Source: Candidatus Saccharimonadia bacterium
Lineage (GTDB): Bacteria; Patescibacteriota; Saccharimonadia; UBA4664
Reading direction: 5' to 3'
NCBI GenBank assembly: GCA_036488585.1
Contig: DASXHH010000019.1
Span: 5,030-69,029, forward strand
Length of the DNA: 64,000 nucleotides
Positions 56,095 through 64,000 of this stretch are shown piece after piece (within the stretch, counting starts at the first letter, position 1; each line of letters begins with the position of its first letter). Below the pieces are notes generated by a model, which saw nothing but the letters and a program-made list of their open reading frames with translations, was not told where the DNA came from and did not search any database. A program made the translations under genes and the position numbers.

Positions 56095-56679
56095 TTAGGC
56101 GCCCAACTCCATCCGCTCAAAGCGGCGGATCACTATGTTCTCGCCCAGTTTGGCCACCAAACTAGTGGTAAGCTTGCTCACCGACACATCCGGATCCTTC
56201 ACAAAAGGCTGGTTTAGCAGGCAGGCCTGCTCGTAATACTTGGCCAACTTACCGTCCACGATCTTCTCGGCCACGGCCGACGGCTTGCCCTCGGCCTCTT
56301 TGCTGTAAATAGCCTTCTCGCGCTCCACCACCTCGGACGGCACGTCTTCAGGCTTGAGATACTCAGGGTTGGCCGCCGCCACATGCATCGCGATGTCGCG
56401 GGCAAACTGCTTGAAGTCATCGGTGCGGGCCACGAAGTCAGTTTCGCAGTTAATCTCCACCAGCACGCCAATGCGCCCCGAGTGCACGTAGCCCTCGATC
56501 ACACCCGCGCGAGCCTCGCGCTCGGACTTCTTGGCAGCCGAAGCCTCGCCCTTCTCACGCAGCCATTGCACGGCCTTGTCGAAGTCGCCACCGGCGGCCT
56601 CCAGGGCCTCCTTGGCCTTCATCATGCCGGCGCCGGTCGCGTCGCGCAGCTTCTTGATGTCTTCAACCGAAATTGCCAT
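56095..56679 (-). CDS. tsf: Elongation factor Ts (short form)
   Basis: IKKLRDATGAGMMKAKEAL UBA-like N-terminus. ...LVEINCETDFVA... Confidence 0.9.
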   Translation of the reverse strand: MAISVEDIKKLRDATGAGMMKAKEALEAAGGDFDKAVQWLREKGEASAAKKSEREARAGVIEGYVHSGRIGVLVEINCETDFVARTDDFKQFARDIAMHVAAANPEYLKPEDVPSEVVEREKAIYSKEAEGKPSAVAEKIVDGKLAKYYEQACLLNQPFVKDPDVSVSKLTTSLVAKLGENIVIRRFERMELGA

Positions 56680-56683
56680 TTAG

Positions 56684-57403
56684 TTACGCCTCCTGAGTTT
56701 CTTTGGCTTTGCTCGAATACTGTTTTGCACCCTCGGCCGCAGCCTGGGCAATCTGGTGCGTAATCACACGCACCGCCTTAATCGCGTCGTCATTAGCGGG
56801 AATCGGGTAATCAATCAGATCAGGATCGCAGTTAGTATCTGCAATCGCGATCACCGGAATATTGAGCTTGCGGGCCTCGGCCACGGCGATGCCTTCCTTC
56901 GGGGCGTCCACCACAAACACGGCGCCTGGCAGGCTATCCATGTCTTTAATACCGCCGAAAATCCGATTCAAGCTAGCCGCCTCATTTGTAAAATCGAGCA
57001 CTTCCTTCTTGTTGTACTTCGAAGCAAAGTCACCACTCTCCAAACCCGCCTCGAGCTTCTTCAGCCGCTGCACCTGGCTACGGATAGTGCGGAAGTTGGT
57101 GAGCATGCCGCCGAGCCAGCGCTCAGTCACAAACGGCATGCCAGCCGCTTCGGCCTCCTCGCGCACCACCGGTGCCGCCTGGCGCTTAGTCCCCACAAGC
57201 AGGATCTTGCCTCCATTCGCCGCGGTCTCACGCGCAAAATCGGTCGCCTCTTTCAGGAGCACACCCGTCTTGGTGAGGTCAATAATGTGTACACCGCCGC
57301 GAGCCCCGTAGATATATTGCTTCATCTTCGGGTTCCAGCGCCGAGTCTGGTGGCCGAAATGAGCTCCGGCCTCAAGTAGTTCCTTCAGACTTACGTCTGC
57401 CAT
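56684..57403 (-). CDS. rpsB: 30S ribosomal protein S2
   Basis: LLEAGAHFGHQTRRWNPKM and ...LLVGTKRQ... Confidence 0.95.
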   Translation of the reverse strand: MADVSLKELLEAGAHFGHQTRRWNPKMKQYIYGARGGVHIIDLTKTGVLLKEATDFARETAANGGKILLVGTKRQAAPVVREEAEAAGMPFVTERWLGGMLTNFRTIRSQVQRLKKLEAGLESGDFASKYNKKEVLDFTNEAASLNRIFGGIKDMDSLPGAVFVVDAPKEGIAVAEARKLNIPVIAIADTNCDPDLIDYPIPANDDAIKAVRVITHQIAQAAAEGAKQYSSKAKETQEA

Positions 57404-57541
57404 ATAGAATCCTTTCGTCGTTGCAAGGGCTTTCCCGAGCGGGAGGATTTGTGCCCAAGCTGTATCGTTAGTTACTTAGCCGCATTACATTAGCATAAAT
57501 GCCCCCTACCCGCAACCTCATACCCACGCTCAAAAGGAGCA

Positions 57542-57570
57542 TTGACCAACCCGCCAAGATAAGGTACAAT
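57542..57570 (+). promoter_or_regulatory. Sigma-70 promoter TTGACC-N17-TACAAT, 9 nt upstream of the rpmE ATG (leaderless configuration)
   Basis: TTGACC at 57542-47. TACAAT at 57565-70. ATG at 57580. No SD. Confidence 0.5.
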
Positions 57571-57579
57571 CTTCGAGTT

Positions 57580-57879
57580 ATGAAAACCGGCATCCACCCC
57601 GAAATATTTGAAACCACCGTTCACTGCAACGGTTGCAACACCACCTTCACGACTCACTCGACCGTGAAGGATATTAACGTGGAAATTTGCTCCAACTGCC
57701 ACCCGTTCTACACCGGTAAGCAGAAGCTCATCGACACCGCCGGCCGCGTCGACAAATTCAAGGCCCGCCAAGCCAAGGCCGCTGGTCACGCCGAGCAGCG
57801 CGCTGCCGCCACCAAGGACAAGCAGGCCAAAGCCGAGGTCGCCAAGGCTGAAGCCACCGTTGCCGAAACCGAAGCTTAA
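57580..57879 (+). CDS. rpmE: 50S ribosomal protein L31 (zinc-binding type A) with Ala/Lys-rich C-terminal extension
   Basis: MKTGIHPE...CNGCNTTF...[12 protein letters not shown]. About 30 extra residues ([27 protein letters not shown]...). Confidence 0.9.
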   Translation: MKTGIHPEIFETTVHCNGCNTTFTTHSTVKDINVEICSNCHPFYTGKQKLIDTAGRVDKFKARQAKAAGHAEQRAAATKDKQAKAEVAKAEATVAETEA

Positions 57880-57891
57880 CCACACTCAAAG

Positions 57892-57930
57892 AACGCTCTG
57901 ATAAACTCTTATCATGGGCGTTTTTTGTTA
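57892..57930 (+). terminator. Rho-independent terminator downstream of rpmE
   Basis: Hairpin aacgctctgataa-actc-ttatcatgggcgtt followed by TTTTTTG. Confidence 0.6.
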
Positions 57931-57947
57931 CGCCGATAGGAACCACT

Positions 57948-59009
57948 ATGGACCAAACCGAGACCAGCTACAAAGAAGCTAAGGAGCAGCTAGCTCAACA
58001 ACTTGCTGCTACTACCGATTTTTCGTCTTCCGATTACATCGCAAAGACTAAAGAACTCAATCGTGTCGAAGATGTTTTAAAGATCTTCGGCCAGATTCAT
58101 GCCGGAGAGCAGGAGTTAGAAGATACCAAGGAGCTCCTATCAGACCCCGATCTAAAAGAAGAAGCTGAAGAAGAAGTAATCCGTCTTGACGACTTACTTG
58201 ATGGGCATCGTAAAAATCTCCAGATCATGCTCGCCCCTAAAGACCCCGCCGACAGCAAAAACGCCATCGTCGAAATTCGCGCCGGCGCCGGCGGCGATGA
58301 GGCCAGCCTGTTCGCCGGTGAGCTCTACCGCATGTACGCTCGCTACATGGAGGCCAAACCGGGCTGGCACATCGAGCTCATCTCGGAGTCACCCAGCGAG
58401 GTTGGCGGCTACAAAGAAATCATTTTCGAAGTGAAGGGCGATGGCGCCTATGGCTGGCTTAAATACGAATCCGGCGTGCACCGCGTACAGCGGGTGCCCG
58501 AAACCGAATCCGGTGGCCGAATCCACACCTCCACCGTTACCGTGGCCGTGTTACCCGAAGCCGAAGAGACCGACATCGAGATCAACGAAGCCGACCTCCG
58601 CATCGACGTCTACCGCAGCTCCGGTCACGGCGGACAATCGGTCAACACCACCGACTCCGCCGTTCGCATTACTCACCTGCCCACCGGCCTAGTCGTGACC
58701 TGCCAAGACGAAAAATCCCAGCTCAAGAACAAGCTCAAGGCCATGAACGTGCTGCGCTCTCGCCTGCTCGCCATTAAGCGCGAAGCCGAAGAACGCGCCG
58801 GTCGCGAGGCTCGCCTTAATCAGATCGGCACTGGCGACCGCTCCGAAAAAATCCGCACCTACAATTTCCCACAAGACCGCGTCACCGACCACCGCATCGG
58901 CCGCACCCAGCACGGCCTGCCCGGCTTCATGCAAGGCCAAATCGACGACATGCTCGAGGCCTTGCGCGCCGAAGATATCCGTCTCAAGCTCGAGCAGGCC
59001 TCCGCGTGA
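57948..59009 (+). CDS. prfA: Peptide chain release factor 1
   Basis: PET (PxT) tripeptide. GGQ motif ([24 protein letters not shown]). Confidence 0.9.
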   Translation: MDQTETSYKEAKEQLAQQLAATTDFSSSDYIAKTKELNRVEDVLKIFGQIHAGEQELEDTKELLSDPDLKEEAEEEVIRLDDLLDGHRKNLQIMLAPKDPADSKNAIVEIRAGAGGDEASLFAGELYRMYARYMEAKPGWHIELISESPSEVGGYKEIIFEVKGDGAYGWLKYESGVHRVQRVPETESGGRIHTSTVTVAVLPEAEETDIEINEADLRIDVYRSSGHGGQSVNTTDSAVRITHLPTGLVVTCQDEKSQLKNKLKAMNVLRSRLLAIKREAEERAGREARLNQIGTGDRSEKIRTYNFPQDRVTDHRIGRTQHGLPGFMQGQIDDMLEALRAEDIRLKLEQASA

Positions 59010-59812
59010 CCGTCCGCAACGCCCTCAAACACGCCGTTACCCGCCTCGACCAGGCCAAAATTTCCGGCAGCCGTCTCGACAGCGAGTTGATTATGGCCTA
59101 CGTGCTCGGCCGCGGCCGCGCCTGGCTGCTCGCCCACGACGACATCGAGCTCGACGAGCCCCAGCTCGAGCAGTTCAACGCCCTCATTAACCGCCGTTTT
59201 AACCGCGAGCCCGTCGTCCACATCACCGGCACCCGCGAATTTTATGGTCTTGATTTCGAAATCACCCCCGACGTCCTCACCCCGCGCGTCGAAACCGAGC
59301 AAATGGTAGAATGGGCCATCCAGTACGCATCTCAAAATTCGCGCCTCATCGACATTGGCACAGGCTCCGGCGCCATCGCCATCGCCATCGCCAAACACCG
59401 CCCCGACCTCGACATCACCGCCACCGAAATCTCTGATCGTGAGCTAGGCGTCGCCCGCCGCAACGCCGCCAAGCATGGGGTCAACCTCCATTTCATCGTC
59501 TCTGACCTCTGGTCCGCCCTCGCCAGCCAGGCATTCGACGCCGTAGTCACCAACCTACCCTACCTGCAAAATGACGCCGATCTCATGCCGGAAGTCCGCC
59601 GCGAGCCGGCCGTCGCGCTGTTTGGCGGCCCGGACGGCCTCGATCTTTACCGCCACTTTCTGGCCGGCCTCCCTGAGCACCTAAACCCGGGCGGCTACCT
59701 CTTCACCGAATCCGACCCCTGGCAGCACGAGCTTCTCATCGCCGAAGCCGCCAAATTCGACCTCACCCCCATCGAGCAGGGCTACTTTATCCTCGGCTTT
59801 AAGCGAAATTGA
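59006..59812 (+). CDS. prmC: Release factor glutamine N5-methyltransferase
   Basis: [12 protein letters not shown] motif I. NLPY (NPPY-type) motif. GTG start overlaps the prfA stop (GTGA). Confidence 0.85.
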   Translation: MTVRNALKHAVTRLDQAKISGSRLDSELIMAYVLGRGRAWLLAHDDIELDEPQLEQFNALINRRFNREPVVHITGTREFYGLDFEITPDVLTPRVETEQMVEWAIQYASQNSRLIDIGTGSGAIAIAIAKHRPDLDITATEISDRELGVARRNAAKHGVNLHFIVSDLWSALASQAFDAVVTNLPYLQNDADLMPEVRREPAVALFGGPDGLDLYRHFLAGLPEHLNPGGYLFTESDPWQHELLIAEAAKFDLTPIEQGYFILGFKRN

Positions 59813-59842
59813 CCCCCTCCGCGATTAGAGGGGGCCAATCTG
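59813..59842. terminator. Bidirectional hairpin terminator between convergent prmC and HIT genes
   Basis: ccccctc-cgcgatta-gaggggg is a perfect 7 bp G/C stem. Confidence 0.5.
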
Positions 59843-59861
59843 GACCTAGCGTACTGCCAAG

Positions 59862-60323
59862 TCACAGGTATTCGCGCAACATGTCTCCGATCGAAACCAG
59901 CGCTTCGGCCGTCACCACCCTCTGGTGTCGACGATCATAATGGTAACCAAATTGCGGATCTGGATATTCTACGCCATCGACCGATGGCGTCCGGCTGTAG
60001 CGTGGCCTAACGTGCCAGTGCACGTGAGGCCTGGGATCCGCAGCCTGGAAAGCGTTGTTCAACAGACAGCCCCAGTTGAACACATCCGCCTCAAACGCCT
60101 CCGAGACCAGGCCTTCGTACCGAATGACCACATCATGCCAGTCCACGATCTGGGATATGGTCAACTCAGGCAGGCTCCCCCGATGATCCAGGAGAGTAAC
60201 ATATGCCCGCCCCAGGTAACCCTGATCAGGAGCTAGTACTACTCTCCAGTGCTCGGTTTGGAAAATTACCTCGGCACCTCCGGTTTTCAACAGCCGGCAG
60301 GTATCGCAACCTTCGACCAACAC
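59862..60323 (-). CDS. HIT-family (histidine triad) nucleotide hydrolase/transferase
   Basis: Histidine triad HVHWHV. N-terminal CxxC. Confidence 0.75.
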   Translation of the reverse strand: MLVEGCDTCRLLKTGGAEVIFQTEHWRVVLAPDQGYLGRAYVTLLDHRGSLPELTISQIVDWHDVVIRYEGLVSEAFEADVFNWGCLLNNAFQAADPRPHVHWHVRPRYSRTPSVDGVEYPDPQFGYHYDRRHQRVVTAEALVSIGDMLREYL

Positions 60324-60390
60324 GGCCCCTCCTCTGTGTTTTGGGGATGCGGTTGCTCAAAAAGTATATCCTAATTTCCGTTGTTGAAGC

Positions 60391-61614
60391 TTACTGCCCA
60401 GCGGGTGCTTCATCGAGCGTTACACCGAGAGTTTGGGTCTGGCCATTGCGCATAACGGTTAGCGTTACCTTGTCGCCCGGTTTGTATTTACCAACCAGTG
60501 ACTGCAAGCTGTGGGTCGAGTCAATCTTGTCGTTATTTACCTTAGTAATAATATCTCCATCCTTCACACCGCCCTTGTCTGCCGGCGAACCGGATATCAC
60601 GCCAGGGTTCTGGGCGTCGGCCGCCTGCACCCAGGCACCATCGCTCACCGGCAAGTTATTGGCCTGCGCGGTCTGCTGATCGAGCGCTACATACCGCACG
60701 CCCAAGTAAGCTCGCACGATCTTACCAGTGCCCTCCACACTCGAGATCAGAGGCTTGGCGTCGTTAATCGGGATCGCAAAGCCAATGTTCTGCGAGCCCT
60801 GTCCGGCCACTGCCGTGTTAATACCCACCACCTGGCCATCCAGGTTCACCAACGGACCCCCGGAATTTCCGGGATTAATGGCTGCATCAGTCTGGAACAG
60901 GTTCTGCAGTTGCTCTGAGCTCCCGGTAATTCCTGAGCTGTCTCCCGCCGTCACCCCGCGCGACAACCCCGATATTATGCCCTCAGTCACCGTGTTCTGG
61001 AACTGGCCGAGCGCATTACCGATCGCCACCACTCCCTGCCCCACGGTCACCGTACCGGAATCGGCCAGCTCCACCGTCGGCAAACCGCTCGCACTAATCC
61101 GCACAAATGCCAGGTCGTTCACTGAATCCCGCGACACCACCGTCGCCGGATAGCTCTTACCGTTGCTCATCACCACCGTGTAGTTGGCGCTGGTATCATC
61201 TACTACGTGGCGATTAGTTAGGATCAAGCCGTTCGATTCCACGATCATGCCAGTACCAGCCCCTTCGACCTGCTGGGAGGTGCCAAAAAAACCGCTAGTC
61301 ACGGTCTTCGAGGTAATCGACACCACCGCCGGCGATACCTTCTTGGCCACGTCTACCACGGCCGAGTTCTCCTGCACAATCAGCTGTTTCTTATCGGTCG
61401 GGATAGCCGTCGCGAAGTACCGAATGAAGGCATATGAGCCCACCATACCACCGACCAACCCAAACACCAGTGCCAGTACCGCCACGCGTTGCGGTAACGA
61501 CGAACTGGCCGCTCGCCGTCTCCAACCTTTCATGGCTACAAACGGCGCCGGCTGCACCGACTCGTCTTCCTGCTGCTCGCGCCTAACGTGATGTTCAGCT
61601 TCCAAATCAGGCAT
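60391..61614 (-). CDS. htrA: HtrA/DegP-family serine protease (trypsin-like plus PDZ) with N-terminal TM anchor
   Basis: Catalytic H (TNRHVV), D (DLAFVRI) and S (GNSGGPL). C-terminal PDZ. GAGGGAG SD before the ATG at 61614. The ORF track opens at 61638. Confidence 0.85.
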   Translation of the reverse strand: MPDLEAEHHVRREQQEDESVQPAPFVAMKGWRRRAASSSLPQRVAVLALVFGLVGGMVGSYAFIRYFATAIPTDKKQLIVQENSAVVDVAKKVSPAVVSITSKTVTSGFFGTSQQVEGAGTGMIVESNGLILTNRHVVDDTSANYTVVMSNGKSYPATVVSRDSVNDLAFVRISASGLPTVELADSGTVTVGQGVVAIGNALGQFQNTVTEGIISGLSRGVTAGDSSGITGSSEQLQNLFQTDAAINPGNSGGPLVNLDGQVVGINTAVAGQGSQNIGFAIPINDAKPLISSVEGTGKIVRAYLGVRYVALDQQTAQANNLPVSDGAWVQAADAQNPGVISGSPADKGGVKDGDIITKVNNDKIDSTHSLQSLVGKYKPGDKVTLTVMRNGQTQTLGVTLDEAPAGQ

Positions 61615-61689
61615 GGTTCTCCCTCTAAATGATTGCAATAACTATTCTACAGTGTCGCTTGCCGTACTGAGAATAACCTTAAAAAGTCG

Positions 61690-62493
61690 CTACAGCGTGC
61701 CGCGCCAAGGCGTACCAGTAATTACGATCGCAATTAGGATCAGTCCGATCAGCAAATACTCAGTTAAACGCGCCCGGCTCAGACTGCCTTGCCGCTGCGA
61801 GGCATAAACGCTGCCAAAGCAGTATGCCAGCGCCGTCAGCACCAGCGCCGCCTGAGGCACAATCAAGTAACCTCCCGGCAGCGTGTACATAAACAGCCAC
61901 AACAAAAGTACGCACGACACCTCGGCCGCCACCAGCGCCCAAGTCGCCGCCATCACCGCGGCGGACCGCTCGCCCCGCCGGTCAAGTGCAGCGAACACCG
62001 ACAAATACGCACCGGCCCATACCAATAACACACACAGCCACTCGGGCAGGCTGTGCCGCCACACGCCGGCCGCCAAAAACACCGCCTCAAACATCATCGC
62101 CTGTAGTAGCAGTAAATTACCCAACCCGTACCGGACCTCAGCCGCAGCCGTGCTCCACCACAGCCGCCAGGCCGCAAAGCCCAGCGTCACCGCCACCTGT
62201 GTTGCAAGTCGCGGCGTCACCGCCACCAGCAGCACCACACTCGAGCCCATCAATATAGCCGGCAGCCGTCGCACCACCTCTGCGGTCCGGCCACCAGCCT
62301 TCACCGCTACCCCCGGCTGCTCACCCCAGAGCTCGATCGCCCACACCAAGACGAGCGCCACCACCCACCACCCGTGCCGTTGGGCTAAATATAGTATCAT
62401 TCCCGCCTCGGCCACGGCCAACACTAGCCCTGGCCATCTGAATTGCCCGCTATTGCGAGCTACCGGTAGATGTAGTCGACGAACTGTAATCAC
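61690..62493 (-). CDS. Hypothetical polytopic integral membrane protein
   Basis: About 8 hydrophobic helices. No recognisable motif. The annotated start overlaps the LCP 3' end by 44 nt, so the true start may be an internal Met. Confidence 0.45.
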   Translation of the reverse strand: MITVRRLHLPVARNSGQFRWPGLVLAVAEAGMILYLAQRHGWWVVALVLVWAIELWGEQPGVAVKAGGRTAEVVRRLPAILMGSSVVLLVAVTPRLATQVAVTLGFAAWRLWWSTAAAEVRYGLGNLLLLQAMMFEAVFLAAGVWRHSLPEWLCVLLVWAGAYLSVFAALDRRGERSAAVMAATWALVAAEVSCVLLLWLFMYTLPGGYLIVPQAALVLTALAYCFGSVYASQRQGSLSRARLTEYLLIGLILIAIVITGTPWRGTL

Positions 62494-63958
62494 TTCCTAA
62501 AATAATCCTTATGTCGGGCACCGGGAGCGTATTGCCCGAGGCGTCAGTGGCGGGTGTGGGCGAACTAGTCCGTTGCGCTTTCACCCCGAACCGCCGCTCC
62601 AGATAGTTTATGGTATAAGGCTTCTTCCCGCCAGTATAGTCGTAAATTACGGTCTTGGTGTAATGATTGGTCGCGTTCAGCGGGTCACCCACATTATAAT
62701 GCGCTGCCTTCAGGCTCTTCACTACCTGCGCTGCCACTCCAGCCAAGCCCGAGCCATTCTGCACCTCCACCTTAGCATTCTCATCCGTAATGTAGTGATC
62801 CACAAAGATATTCTTCACAAAGTCCTGAATATCGGTGTAGTCGAAGTTCCCCTTACGCGGCAGTTCAATCGAGCCCGCGCCGTCAATCTTGCCTGAGGCG
62901 TCTACGAGCAGCGAATCCGTCCCCACCGTGTCTAGTACTTTGTTAGTCACCTTCGCCGGATCAATGCTCTTCACGATCGACGCCATCTTGGTAATCTCAT
63001 TCGGCTGGAAGTCAGTCTTCACGTGGCTGCCAACAGCGTTAATCAGCTCGGTAAGCTTGAGCGGATTAGTGAGTGTCGACAGCTGCATGGCCTTGTTCTT
63101 GAGCGCCCCAATGATCAGCTGCTGGCGAGCCGCCCGGTCAAAGTCACTGGTAGTTTCGCGCGACCGGGCATACTTCAGCGCCTGTGCTCCCGTCATGTGC
63201 TGCTCACCTGCCTTGAAGGAAATTGCACAGTACTTGCCAGCGTACTTTGTGCCATCGTCGCATGGGTAGTAAGGATCGTTCAGCGCCTTAGGTACGTTCA
63301 CGTCCACCCCACCCACCGCATCAATCGCCTGCTTGAAGCCCGAAAAATCAATCAACACATAATAATGAATCGGCACGCCCAACACATTCTCCACCACTTT
63401 CTCGGCCTCAGTCGGCCCGCCATCGGAGTTAGCCTCGTTAATTTTGGCATAATGCGTGGAATACTTACCCACCGCCGGGATCTTCACATACAGGTCGCGT
63501 GGCACCGACAGCATAGCCGCGTCCTTAGTGCGCGGGTCTATACTTATCACCATGATGGTGTCGGACAAATCTGGACCATCATGCCCAGCGCCACCAATGC
63601 CCAGCACCAACACATTAATACGACCGTCACCCTCACCCTTCAGCTTGGTAGGGTCAATTATTCCCGCTAGAGCCGGTGCCCCGCCATGCGAGTTGGAGAT
63701 AATCTTACGGGCGGCGTTCAGGGCCGTGAACCCAAACCACGCCCCTACTAGCAGTACAACCACCACCAGACCCAGCGCTACTCGTCGAGCCCAGCGCCAC
63801 ATTCCTCCGCGTAGTCGCCGCGGCTTCTTATATACAAACGACCCAGTCTCTGGTTCCGCTGCCCCAGCACCTGGCGCGATTGGTGGCAGCACCAACCCCG
63901 CCCCGTCTGGTTGCAAGGTTGGCTTCGGTTGTATTGGGCTCACTGGCCGCCGCCGCAC
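62450..63958 (-). CDS. LytR-CpsA-Psr (LCP) family cell-envelope polymer transferase
   Basis: N-terminal TM helix. LCP core (VLVLGIGG...SDTIMVISIDP...SVPRDLYV...). C-terminal LytR_C-like domain. Confidence 0.8.
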   Translation of the reverse strand: MRRRPVSPIQPKPTLQPDGAGLVLPPIAPGAGAAEPETGSFVYKKPRRLRGGMWRWARRVALGLVVVVLLVGAWFGFTALNAARKIISNSHGGAPALAGIIDPTKLKGEGDGRINVLVLGIGGAGHDGPDLSDTIMVISIDPRTKDAAMLSVPRDLYVKIPAVGKYSTHYAKINEANSDGGPTEAEKVVENVLGVPIHYYVLIDFSGFKQAIDAVGGVDVNVPKALNDPYYPCDDGTKYAGKYCAISFKAGEQHMTGAQALKYARSRETTSDFDRAARQQLIIGALKNKAMQLSTLTNPLKLTELINAVGSHVKTDFQPNEITKMASIVKSIDPAKVTNKVLDTVGTDSLLVDASGKIDGAGSIELPRKGNFDYTDIQDFVKNIFVDHYITDENAKVEVQNGSGLAGVAAQVVKSLKAAHYNVGDPLNATNHYTKTVIYDYTGGKKPYTINYLERRFGVKAQRTSSPTPATDASGNTLPVPDIRIILGSDYSSSTTSTGSSQ

Positions 63959-64000
63959 GGGGCCGTCTAGGGAACGACTGCTCCCGGAGGAAAACTTACT

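Noticed and set aside
61220-61240. tRNA T-loop-like string GTTCGATTCC
   Set aside because: It lies inside the htrA coding region on the opposite strand, with no cloverleaf context. I found no tRNA genes in the intergenic regions of this window.
1-64000. CRISPR arrays, IS elements or other mobile DNA
   Set aside because: No regularly spaced direct repeats and no transposase-, integrase- or Cas-like ORFs were recognised anywhere in the window.

Overview
This is a GC-rich (~60%) bacterial chromosomal segment, densely packed with housekeeping genes on both strands. I found no rRNA, tRNA, CRISPR array or obvious mobile element.

Major blocks:
- A reduced dcw cell-division cluster on the minus strand: mraZ-rsmH-ftsL-ftsI-mraY-ftsW-murG-ftsQ.
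- A cell-shape cluster: mreB-mreC-mreD-mrdA.
- A translation block on the minus strand: rpsB-tsf-frr-uppS-rseP. pyrH and cdsA are missing from their usual positions in this block.
- Also present: prfA-prmC, rpmE, rpmA, secA, hpf, serS, a class-I lysyl-tRNA synthetase, proS, glyQS, greA, xseA/xseB, recO, pyrG, galU and a yvcK-like gene.
- Regulatory genes: a large cytoplasmic GAF/PAS sensor histidine kinase with two orphan single-domain response regulators.
- Proteases and hydrolases: CtpA, M16, M20, HtrA, CPBP, RseP, an S9-like hydrolase, a CHAP amidase, NUDIX and HIT proteins.
- A VirD4/TraD-like coupling-protein ATPase sits immediately downstream of a protein that fuses a sigma-70 region-4 domain to two HARE-HTH domains.

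Together these traits suggest a reduced-genome, Gram-positive-like lineage, possibly a Patescibacteria/CPR-type organism: the short MurD, SecA without a zinc finger, the class-I LysRS, the missing pyrH and cdsA, an LPXTG-like surface protein and an LCP protein. This is inference only.

Most notable unexplained features:
- A roughly 1 kb ORF-poor island (7100-8115). An AT-rich promoter-like segment leads into an ~880 nt GC-rich region with strong hairpins, repeated motifs and SD-preceded mini-ORFs. It is a candidate structured ncRNA of unknown class.
- Four phased GTGGG MraZ boxes upstream of mraZ.
- A 20-codon basic micro-ORF with a consensus SD plus a very stable hairpin between rsmH and ftsL.
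- Several consensus -35/-10 promoters that end 6-9 nt before start codons, implying leaderless mRNAs.
- A T-box-like motif (UGGUACC) in the proS leader.
- A palindromic operator inside a consensus promoter upstream of an SPFH gene.
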